NCBI RefSeq assembly: GCF_017744555.1
Contig: NZ_JAGIBD010000019.1
Span: forward strand, 2,404 to 66,403
Length of the DNA stretch: 64,000 nt
Direction of reading: 5' to 3'
Source: Cellulomonas sp.
Lineage (GTDB): Bacteria; Actinomycetota; Actinomycetes; Actinomycetales; Cellulomonadaceae
Part shown: positions 29,166 through 37,076 of the stretch, piece after piece
Position numbering within the stretch: position 1 is the first letter of the stretch
Layout: each line of letters starts with the position of its first letter
Notes under the pieces: generated by a model
Told to the model about the DNA's origin: nothing
Databases searched by the model: none
Seen by the model: only the letters and a program-made list of their open reading frames with translations
Position numbers and translations under genes: made by a program

Positions 29166-30254
29166 GTGAGTTCTGGGACGACACAGCGAGCGGGCACCTG
29201 CCTCGTGACCGGCGGTGCCGGGTTCATCGGGTCCGCGATGTCCGCGGCCCTCGCCGACTCGTTCGACCGAGTCGTCGCGGTCGACAACCTGCACCCCCAG
29301 ATCCACCCCTCCGCGAGCCGCCCGGACAGCCTGGACCCCCGCGTCGAGCTGGTCGTCGGTGACGTGACGATCCCCGAGACGTGGGACGCGCTCCTCGCGG
29401 ACGTCACGCCGGAGGTCGTCGTCCACCTCGCGGCCGAGACCGGGACCGGTCAGTCGCTGGACGAGTCGACGCGGCACGCCTCCGTGAACGTCGTCGGGAC
29501 CACGCAGATGCTCGACGCGTTCACGCGCCACGGGGTCCTGCCGCGCCGGATCGTGCTCAGCAGCAGCAGGGCCGTCTACGGTGAAGGCGCGTGGCTCTCG
29601 GACGCCGGCGACGTCCTGTACCCACCGCAGCGCACGCGCGAGACGCTCGAGGACGGGCAGTGGGACTTCGCCGGCGCGACGGCGACCGCGATGGACGCTC
29701 GCACGGTGTTCCCGGCGCCCGTGAGCGTGTACGGCGCGACCAAGCTCGCGCAGGAGAACATCCTGCAGGTGTGGTGCCGCTCGCGCGGGGTCGAGGCGGT
29801 CGTGCTGCGGCTGCAGAACGTGTACGGCCCCGGCCAGTCCCTGATCAACCCCTACACGGGGATCATGTCGCTGTTCTGCCGCATGGCGAAGGCCGGCCGG
29901 TCTATCCCGCTGTACGAGGACGGCGCCGTGCGCCGTGACTTCGTCCTCATCGACGACGTGGCCCGGGCGCTGCACCTCGGCGCGACCGTCGAGCACGCGC
30001 CGGCCGGCCCCGTCGACATCGGCTCGGGCGAGGACCAGACGATCGCGACCGCTGCGGAGCTGATCGCGCGGTACTACGACGCCCCGGCACCGCACGTCAC
30101 GGGACAGTTCCGCGAGGGCGACGTCCGCCACGCCTGGGCGGACGTCTCCGTGGCGGAGGCCGCTCTGGGCTGGACGCCGCAGTACGACCTCAAGACGGGC
30201 ATCGACCGGCTCGCCGGCTGGATCGACACCCAGCCGCTGCCGCCGCTGGCGTGA
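29166..30254 (+). CDS. NAD-dependent epimerase/dehydratase, dTDP-L-rhamnose 4-epimerase (WbiB)-like
   Basis: [49 protein letters not shown]; specific substrate is inferred. Confidence 0.75.
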   Translation: MSSGTTQRAGTCLVTGGAGFIGSAMSAALADSFDRVVAVDNLHPQIHPSASRPDSLDPRVELVVGDVTIPETWDALLADVTPEVVVHLAAETGTGQSLDESTRHASVNVVGTTQMLDAFTRHGVLPRRIVLSSSRAVYGEGAWLSDAGDVLYPPQRTRETLEDGQWDFAGATATAMDARTVFPAPVSVYGATKLAQENILQVWCRSRGVEAVVLRLQNVYGPGQSLINPYTGIMSLFCRMAKAGRSIPLYEDGAVRRDFVLIDDVARALHLGATVEHAPAGPVDIGSGEDQTIATAAELIARYYDAPAPHVTGQFREGDVRHAWADVSVAEAALGWTPQYDLKTGIDRLAGWIDTQPLPPLA

Positions 30255-30257
30255 CGC

Positions 30258-30295
30258 GTCCGCGGTCTGCCGGGTCGACCCGGCAGACCGCGGAC
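30258..30295. terminator. Perfect 38-bp palindrome between convergent genes
   Basis: gtccgcggtctgccgggtc|gacccggcagaccgcggac fills most of the 45-bp gap between stops at 30254 and 30300. Confidence 0.65.
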
Positions 30296-30299
30296 CAGG

Positions 30300-31484
30300 T
30301 CAGACCAGGGCTGCGAGCGTGTCGTGCAGCAGGTCGATCTGAGGCTCCACCGGGTAGTGGTGGTTGCCCACGAAGAGGCCGTCGACGTGGACCTTGTCCG
30401 CGGCCGGCAGCGCCGCGGGGACGTCCGCGTCCAGGTAGCGCATCACCGGGTTCAGCGTGAAGTTCCCCGCGACGATCGGGCGGCACTCGATGCCGGCGCC
30501 GGTCAGGGCGGTGACGACCTCCGCGCGGCGCCCGGCGAGCGCACCCTCGAGCACCAGCGAGAACCCGAACCAGCTGCTCTCACCGGTCTCCTTCTGCAGC
30601 CGGACGTCGTCCAGCCCGCCGAGCTTCTGCTGGAAGTACGCAGCGTTCTCGCGCCGGCCCTGCACGAGCGCGGGGACCTTGGCGATCTGTTCGATGCCGA
30701 GCGCGCCCGACATCTCCAGCGGCCGGACGTTGTAGCCGGGCAGCACGAACCGGAAGAGGTCCTCGAACGCGTCCCCGGACTTCGGGTGCACGACGTTGTC
30801 GTTCGCGAGCTCGCGTGTCCAGCCGTGCGCGCGCAGCGACACGAGCATCTGGCGCAGGTAGTCGTCGTCCGTGAGGACGATCCCGCCCTCCATCGTCGAG
30901 ATGTGGTGCGAGAAGAACGCGCTCAGCGTGCCCATGACGCCGAAGGTCCCCGCGAACCGGCCCTCGAACGTCGCCCCGAGCGACTCGCAGTTGTCCTCGA
31001 GGATCAGCAGGCCGTGCGCGTCGGCGATGGCCTGCAGGCGGCGGTAGTCGACCGGGTTGCCCAGCAGGTTGACGGCGAAGACGGCCTTCGTGCGCGGACC
31101 GATGGCGGCCTCCACCTGGTCCAGGTCCAGGTTCAGCGTGTCCAGGTCGATGTCCACGAACTTCAGGCGCAGGCCGTACTGGTGCAGCGGGTAGTACGTC
31201 GTCGCCCAGGAGACGGCCGGCACGATGACCTCGTCGCCCGCCTGCAGGTCGTTGCGCGGGTCCAGGACCGCCGCGGCGACCGCCACCAGGTTGGCGCTGC
31301 TGCCGGAGTTGACCATGACGGCGTGCGACGAGCCGAACGCGGCGGCGCAGCGGCGCTCGAACTCGGCGACCAGCGGCCCCATGGTGAAGCGGCCGCTCGC
31401 GATCACGTTCTGCAGCGCGACGAGCTCGGCGTCGTCCCAGGACGACGTGGCGAGCGGGAACGTGGGGGAGGTGGCGTCAGACAT
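30300..31484 (-). CDS. colD: GDP-4-keto-6-deoxy-D-mannose 3-dehydratase (PLP-dependent, DegT/DnrJ fold)
   Basis: VNSGSSANL, EDNCESLGA, SAFFSHHISTMEGG (His at the usual PLP-Lys position), LRAHGWTR, FRFVLPGYNVRPLEMSGA, ETGESSWFGF, CRPIVAGNF. Confidence 0.85.
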   Translation of the reverse strand: MSDATSPTFPLATSSWDDAELVALQNVIASGRFTMGPLVAEFERRCAAAFGSSHAVMVNSGSSANLVAVAAAVLDPRNDLQAGDEVIVPAVSWATTYYPLHQYGLRLKFVDIDLDTLNLDLDQVEAAIGPRTKAVFAVNLLGNPVDYRRLQAIADAHGLLILEDNCESLGATFEGRFAGTFGVMGTLSAFFSHHISTMEGGIVLTDDDYLRQMLVSLRAHGWTRELANDNVVHPKSGDAFEDLFRFVLPGYNVRPLEMSGALGIEQIAKVPALVQGRRENAAYFQQKLGGLDDVRLQKETGESSWFGFSLVLEGALAGRRAEVVTALTGAGIECRPIVAGNFTLNPVMRYLDADVPAALPAADKVHVDGLFVGNHHYPVEPQIDLLHDTLAALV

Positions 31485-31507
31485 CGTCTCTCTTCGTGCT
31501 CTGGTGG

Positions 31508-32437
31508 TCAGATCGCGGCCACGGAGGCCAGGTAGGCCGCATACGTGGCGGCCATCCCGTCGGACAGGGGAGTGGGGGCGGACCAGCCGAGCGCCCGGGC
31601 GGCGGACGAGTCGATGAGCCGTCGGGGCGTGCCGCTGGGCTTGTCCGTCTCGAACGTGAACGTGCCCTCGTACCCGACGACGTCGCGGGCGACCTCGTAG
31701 TACTCGCGCACGGAGTGGTCGGCGCCGCAGCCGAGGTTGAGCGCGTCGGGCCAGCTTGCGAGCCGGTCCACCTGGTCGACGAGGAAGGCCGCCAGGTCGG
31801 GTGCGTAGGTGAACTCGCGGCGCGCCGTGCCGTCGCCCCACACGGGGACGGTGGGGTCGCCCGCCTCACGGGCCCGGTGGATCTTCCCGAGCGCCGCCGC
31901 CACCAGGTGCGCGCTGCCCGCGGCGAAGTGGTCGTGCGGGCCGTACAGGTTCGACGGGACCGCGACACGGTAGGAGCGGCCGTACTGGGTGCTCGCGTAC
32001 GCGCACAGCCGCGCCGCGGCCCCCTTGGCGAGGGCGTACCCCTCGTTCGCGCCCTCGAGCCGGCCGGACAGCGCGTCGCCCTCGACGAACGGCCGCTCGT
32101 AGCGGTCGGGGTAGACCGCTGCGGTGCCGACGTACAGAAGGTCCCGGACGCCGGCGTCGAGGCACGCGGAGATGACCGACGTGTCGAGCAGCAGGTTGTC
32201 GAGCAGGTAGGTGGCGGGCTCGGCGAGCTTCGCCGCGATGCCGCCGACCTTGGCGGCGGCGTGCACGACCGCGGTGGGCCGCACGCGCTCGATCAGGGCC
32301 CTCGTGGCGGCCCGGTCGCTGAGGTCGACGTCGTCGCGCGTGACGACGACCAGCTCCTGGTCGGGCCGGCGTGCGCCCCAGGCGTCGACGAACGTCCTGC
32401 CGAGCATGCCGGCACCGCCGGTCAAGAGCACGCGCAC
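31508..32437 (-). CDS. GDP-L-fucose synthase/ColC-like reductase lacking the epimerase Cys
   Basis: TGGAGMLG, AAAKVGGI, NEGYALAK, PSNLYGPHD, VWGDGTARREF, KPSGTPRR; GTAAVYP instead of GSSCIYP. Confidence 0.85.
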   Translation of the reverse strand: MRVLLTGGAGMLGRTFVDAWGARRPDQELVVVTRDDVDLSDRAATRALIERVRPTAVVHAAAKVGGIAAKLAEPATYLLDNLLLDTSVISACLDAGVRDLLYVGTAAVYPDRYERPFVEGDALSGRLEGANEGYALAKGAAARLCAYASTQYGRSYRVAVPSNLYGPHDHFAAGSAHLVAAALGKIHRAREAGDPTVPVWGDGTARREFTYAPDLAAFLVDQVDRLASWPDALNLGCGADHSVREYYEVARDVVGYEGTFTFETDKPSGTPRRLIDSSAARALGWSAPTPLSDGMAATYAAYLASVAAI

Positions 32438-32506
32438 GTGCGGCCTCCGAGCTTGTCTGATGGTGGGCGTGCCGGCGGGCGCCTCGTCGAGACGCCCGCC
32501 CGGTTG

Positions 32507-33529
32507 CTACGCCTCCTGGACGGCGTCGACGTAGTGGCGGCCCTCGGTCTCGAGGGCCGCGATGTCGGCGTCGACCATGATCTCGGCGAGTCGCGGCGTG
32601 TGGACCTTGGGGGTCCAGCCGAGCAGGCGCCCCGCCTTCGACGGGTCACCGATGAGCGCGTCGACCTCGGTCGGGCGCAGGTAGCGCTCGTCGAACCGCA
32701 CGTACTTCTCCCACTCGAGGCCGACCCGCTCGAACGAGAACTGCAGGAAGTCGCGGACCGAGTAGGCCGTGCCGGTGGCGATCACGAAGTCCTGCGGCTC
32801 GTCGTGCTGCAGCATCCGCCACATCGCCTCGACGTACTCGGGCGCGTAGCCCCAGTCCCGCACGGCGTCGAGGTTGCCCATGTACAGCTCGGACTGCTGG
32901 CCGGCCGCGATGCGGGCGACCGCGCGCGTGATCTTGCGGGTCACGAACGTGCCGCCGCGACGCGGGGACTCGTGGTTGAACAGGATGCCGTTGCAGGCGA
33001 AGATCCCGTACGCCTCGCGGTAGTTCCGCGTGATCCAGTAGGAGTACACCTTCGCGACGCCGTACGGCGAGCGGGGGTAGAACGGCGTGTCCTCGTCCTG
33101 CGGCGGCGGCGTGGCCCCGAACATCTCGGAGCTGCTGGCCTGGTAGAACCGCGGCGAGATGCCGGCGGCGCGGATCGCCTCCAGGAGCCGGATCGAGCCG
33201 AGGCCGGTCGCGTCGCCCGTGTACTCGGGCTCGTCGAAGCTCACCCGGACGTGCGACTGCGCGGCGAGGTTGTAGACCTCGTCGGGCTGGATCTCGTTGA
33301 GCAGCGTGACGAGGCGCGACCCGTCGGTCAGGTCGCCGAAGTGCAGGAACAGCCGGTGGTTCGGGTCCTGGGCGTCCTGGTAGATGTGGTCGATGCGCTG
33401 GGTGTTGAACGTCGACGCCCGGCGGATCAGCCCGTGCACCTCGTACCCCTTCGACAGGAGCAGCTCCGCAAGGTAGCTGCCGTCCTGCCCGGTGATTCCC
33501 GTGATGAGGGCTCGCTTGGTGGTCGTCAT
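32507..33529 (-). CDS. gmd: GDP-mannose 4,6-dehydratase
   Basis: [61 protein letters not shown]. Confidence 0.96.
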   Translation of the reverse strand: MTTTKRALITGITGQDGSYLAELLLSKGYEVHGLIRRASTFNTQRIDHIYQDAQDPNHRLFLHFGDLTDGSRLVTLLNEIQPDEVYNLAAQSHVRVSFDEPEYTGDATGLGSIRLLEAIRAAGISPRFYQASSSEMFGATPPPQDEDTPFYPRSPYGVAKVYSYWITRNYREAYGIFACNGILFNHESPRRGGTFVTRKITRAVARIAAGQQSELYMGNLDAVRDWGYAPEYVEAMWRMLQHDEPQDFVIATGTAYSVRDFLQFSFERVGLEWEKYVRFDERYLRPTEVDALIGDPSKAGRLLGWTPKVHTPRLAEIMVDADIAALETEGRHYVDAVQEA

Positions 33530-34770
33530 CGGGTGTGCCCGCTCCCAGTCATCGTCGGTTCCGCCGTCAGGGGCGGCGTGGTTTCGGTCGTGCTTTCGAC
33601 CACGGGAGCGTACCCGGTCGCGGGTGGGACCTGTCCCGCCCGCTGCGCGTGGGTGGTCACCTTGCGGGCGCGCCGGAGCACGGGGCGCTCGATGAGGAAC
33701 CAGCTCGCGGCGGCGAGCGGCAGGGTCAGGATGATCGCCAGCGCGTCGTACAGCGCGAGGTTGAGCGTGTACGCCCCCGCGAGGGCGAGGAGCTGCTGGA
33801 CCGGCCACGCGTAGATGTACACGCCGTACGACACGTCGTGCCTCTGGACCAGCTTCGGCGAAGGAAGCACGGCGCCCACCCACAGGATCACGTAGGCGAG
33901 CAGGGGAGCCGCGAGCTGCGGGCCCCACCGCGGCACGTTGAGCACGGCGACGAGCCCGACGGCCGTGGCGAGCAGCGCGATCGGCCAGGAGAACGAGATC
34001 CGGTCGCGGATCATGTAAAGGAACGACCCCGCAAGGAAGAACGGGATCAGCTGCAGCAGGTACATGAGGTCGGCGTTTCCGCCGAAGTACGGTGCGATCT
34101 GCGCCCAGCCGGCGTAGCCGGCGATGCTCAGCACCATCGCGGCGAGCACCATCCACGGGCGCCGGCGGATCCACGTGAAGCACAGCAGCGCCGCGATGAT
34201 GAGATAGCAGAGGAACTCGTAGTAGAGGGTCCACAGCGATCCGGACCAGGCGGCCGGGTACGGCACGCCGGTCGGCGTCCCGGCTACGTCGAACGCGATG
34301 ATCCGCAGGCCCGCGTTGGCGAAGATGTAGTTCGCGGGCGTGAACGGCGTGGTGAAGAACCCGTCGAGCGTGTCGTGCGCCTTGTAGAAGGCGAGCGGGG
34401 CGAACACGAGAGCGGTGACCACGAGGCACACGAGGAACGCGGGGAAGATACGGGCCACGCGCAGCACGAGGTAGTCGCCGAGCGGCTTCGTCAGCCGGCT
34501 CCCGGTGATCAGGTAGCCCGAGATCGCGAAGAACCCCATGACGGCCCAGCCGCCGATGTTCTGGCCGTTGAGCTGAGGGCCGACGCCCTTACCCGCGAGA
34601 TACCAGCCGTGCGCGACGAGGACCGAGTAGGCCAGGACGAGCCGGACGAGGTTGAGACCGTTGGTGCGGCTGCTGAGCTCTGCGGCCCCCACCGACCACA
34701 TGCGGTGCTTGCGGACCGCCACACCTGCCGGTGCGACCGCGGGCGCCTCTGACGCGGTGGCGGCGCTCAT
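33526..34770 (-). CDS. Acyltransferase family 3 (membrane O-acetyltransferase)
   Basis: [11 protein letters not shown]...[52 protein letters not shown]; ATGA overlaps on both sides. Confidence 0.9.
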   Translation of the reverse strand: MSAATASEAPAVAPAGVAVRKHRMWSVGAAELSSRTNGLNLVRLVLAYSVLVAHGWYLAGKGVGPQLNGQNIGGWAVMGFFAISGYLITGSRLTKPLGDYLVLRVARIFPAFLVCLVVTALVFAPLAFYKAHDTLDGFFTTPFTPANYIFANAGLRIIAFDVAGTPTGVPYPAAWSGSLWTLYYEFLCYLIIAALLCFTWIRRRPWMVLAAMVLSIAGYAGWAQIAPYFGGNADLMYLLQLIPFFLAGSFLYMIRDRISFSWPIALLATAVGLVAVLNVPRWGPQLAAPLLAYVILWVGAVLPSPKLVQRHDVSYGVYIYAWPVQQLLALAGAYTLNLALYDALAIILTLPLAAASWFLIERPVLRRARKVTTHAQRAGQVPPATGYAPVVESTTETTPPLTAEPTMTGSGHTR

Positions 34771-35636
34771 GACTCCGCCTCGAGCAGACCGAGCAGATAC
34801 GTGCCGTACCCGGACTTCACGAGCGCCTCCGCCCGCACGCGCAGCTCGTCGTCGGTGAGGAAGCCGCGTCGCCAGGCCACCTCCTCGGGCGCGCCGATCT
34901 TCAGGCCCTGCCGGTGCTCGATGGTCCGGACGTAGTCGGAGGCCTCGAGCAGCGAGTCGAACGTGCCGGTGTCGAGCCACGCCGTGCCGCGAGGCAGTAC
35001 CTCGACCTGCAGGCGGCCGGCCTCCAGGTAGACGCGGTTGACGTCGGTGATCTCGTACTCGCCGCGGGCCGACGGCTTGAGGTCACGGGCGATCGCCACG
35101 ACGTCGTTGTCATAGAAGTACAGGCCCGGCACCGCGAAGTTCGAACGGGGCGCGGCCGGCTTCTCCTCGAGCGAGAGGGCCTTGCCGTCCGCGTCGAACT
35201 CGACGACGCCGTAGGCCTGCGGGTCGGCGACCCGGTAGGCGAACACCGCACCGCCCTCGATCTGCTCGAAGCGCTGCAGCCGGGCACCCAGACCGGGTCC
35301 GTAGAAGATGTTGTCGCCCAGCACGAGCGCGGCGGGCTCGGACCCGACGAAGTCCGCACCCAGGACGAACGCCTGCGCGAGCCCGTTGGGCTCGGCCTGC
35401 ACCTGGTAGCTGATCGAGATCCCGAACTGCGAACCGTCGCCCAGCAGCCTCTCGAACTGGGACGCGTCGTGCGGCGTCGTGATGACGAGCACGTCGCGGA
35501 TGCCCGCCAGGATCAGCGTGGACAGCGGGTAGTAGATCATCGGCTTGTCGTAGACCGGGACCAGCTGCTTGCTCACACCGAGGGTGATGGGGTGCAGTCG
35601 GGTGCCGGAGCCTCCGGCGAGGATGATGCCGCGCAT
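34767..35636 (-). CDS. rmlA: Glucose-1-phosphate thymidylyltransferase
   Basis: [57 protein letters not shown]. Confidence 0.96.
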   Translation of the reverse strand: MRGIILAGGSGTRLHPITLGVSKQLVPVYDKPMIYYPLSTLILAGIRDVLVITTPHDASQFERLLGDGSQFGISISYQVQAEPNGLAQAFVLGADFVGSEPAALVLGDNIFYGPGLGARLQRFEQIEGGAVFAYRVADPQAYGVVEFDADGKALSLEEKPAAPRSNFAVPGLYFYDNDVVAIARDLKPSARGEYEITDVNRVYLEAGRLQVEVLPRGTAWLDTGTFDSLLEASDYVRTIEHRQGLKIGAPEEVAWRRGFLTDDELRVRAEALVKSGYGTYLLGLLEAES

Positions 35637-35715
35637 GGGGCCTCATTGTGCTGCATCGTGCGGACCGGGGTGAAACGCCGCGCGAGCCGGCGGGCGCACG
35701 ACGGCCGCGCACGCC

Positions 35716-36456
35716 TCAGCCGAGTGCGCTCCCGGTGACCTGCTCCGCCGACAGCAGACGGTCCAGCCGCGGGCGGTCCTGCTCGAGCTCGCCCGCGAGC
35801 GCGCGGTCCACCAGCACCGCCGAGCCGTCCCGCGCGAGCACCGCGAGCACCGCCGCGAGGTCGTCGAGGGCGACCGTGTCGGACGCCACGACGAGCGTGC
35901 GAGCCCGGGCGCTGCCGGGCCGATCGGTGAGCGTCTCGACGAGTCGGGCGTGGGGGACCGCGAGCTCCGGTGCGACGAGCGCGGCGGCGGACGGGTCTGT
36001 GGCGGGGGCCCAGCCCAGGACGTCCCCGTACGTCATGACCGCGGACCCGGCGTCGACGGCGCCGCCCGGGAGCGCGCCGTCGAAGCGGCGAGCCAGCGCC
36101 GGCAGGGGGACCGCCACGAGTGCGCGTGCGTCCGCATGCGTGGCGGGGTCGTGCGTCACGACGACGTCGGGTGCGTCGGTGCTCGCACCCGGAAGGGCGA
36201 CGCACGCGCCGGCGCGCCAGACGGACAGCGCCCACACGACGGTGCGCCAGTGGCCGGGAAGGTCCAGGAGCACGACGGTGCCGGGGCCTGCGTCGAGCTC
36301 TTCGACGAGAAGGTTGGTCGTCTTGGTCACCCAGTTGTCGAGGACCGCGCCGGAGAGCTCCACGCGCTCGCCGTCGCCCCCGTACCAGGTGATCCGGGGG
36401 CGGCCCGGCTCCTGCTGGAGAGAGGCGAGCAGGGACGCGATCGTCGTGGGAAGCAC
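35716..36456 (-). CDS. TIGR03089 family protein (Rv3268-like)
   Basis: PGRPRITWY...ERVELSG..LDNWVTKTTNLL, LPGHW; conserved position near whiB; TACGCT 6 nt before GTG. Confidence 0.8.
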   Translation of the reverse strand: MLPTTIASLLASLQQEPGRPRITWYGGDGERVELSGAVLDNWVTKTTNLLVEELDAGPGTVVLLDLPGHWRTVVWALSVWRAGACVALPGASTDAPDVVVTHDPATHADARALVAVPLPALARRFDGALPGGAVDAGSAVMTYGDVLGWAPATDPSAAALVAPELAVPHARLVETLTDRPGSARARTLVVASDTVALDDLAAVLAVLARDGSAVLVDRALAGELEQDRPRLDRLLSAEQVTGSALG

Positions 36457-36540
36457 GCGCACAGCGTAGGGCGACACGCCGTGTTCACCCGTCCGCCGCA
36501 ATATCACCCCGACATATCCGGGCAACTACCACGGCTCCGC

Positions 36541-36570
36541 TTGACGACCCGGAACGACACGCGTGTAATT
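36541..36570 (+). promoter_or_regulatory. Putative whiB promoter with GACAC (WhiA-type) motif in the spacer
   Basis: TTGACG (36541-36546), GACAC (36556-36560), TGTAATT (36564-36570). Confidence 0.5.
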
Positions 36571-36693
36571 CCTTAGAACGGATTCACGAGAGCGCGAGCA
36601 CCACGACGCGTCGGCCGGCCCCCCGGCGGACCGCACCAGCCGAGCCTTGCACCGCAGCACGATCAGACGAAAGACCCCGCACGGAGGCACGCA

Positions 36694-37026
36694 ATGTGGA
36701 ACCTGCTCGACGACGAGGACGAGGTCTTCCCCTCCGACGCGCAGAGCCCTGCACCGCAGCAGCGCTCGAACGTCCTGCCCCTCTTCGGTGACCCCGATGA
36801 CGACGGCCCCATGGGCTGGCAGGAGCGCGCGCTGTGCGCGCAGACCGACCCCGAGGCCTTCTTCCCGGAGAAGGGCGGCTCGACCCGTGAGGCCAAGAAG
36901 GTCTGCACGGGGTGCGACGTCCGCTCGGAGTGCCTCGAGTACGCGCTGGCCAACGACGAGCGCTTCGGGATCTGGGGCGGTCTGTCGGAGCGGGAGCGCC
37001 GCAAGCTCAAGCGACGCGTCGTCTGA
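36694..37026 (+). CDS. whiB: WhiB family Fe-S transcription regulator (WhiB/WhiB2 orthologue)
   Basis: WQERALCAQTDPEAFFPEKGGSTREAKKVCTGCDVRSECLEYALANDERFGIWGGLSERERRKL; GGAGG RBS. Confidence 0.95.
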   Translation: MWNLLDDEDEVFPSDAQSPAPQQRSNVLPLFGDPDDDGPMGWQERALCAQTDPEAFFPEKGGSTREAKKVCTGCDVRSECLEYALANDERFGIWGGLSERERRKLKRRVV

Positions 37027-37076
37027 CGAGTGTCGGTCCCGGGCCTGGCGATCCCGGACGGCATGATGACGGCAGC

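Noticed and set aside
30300-31484. Annotation as perosamine synthase/aminotransferase
   Set aside because: His replaces the catalytic Lys (SHH motif), which is diagnostic of a 3-dehydratase
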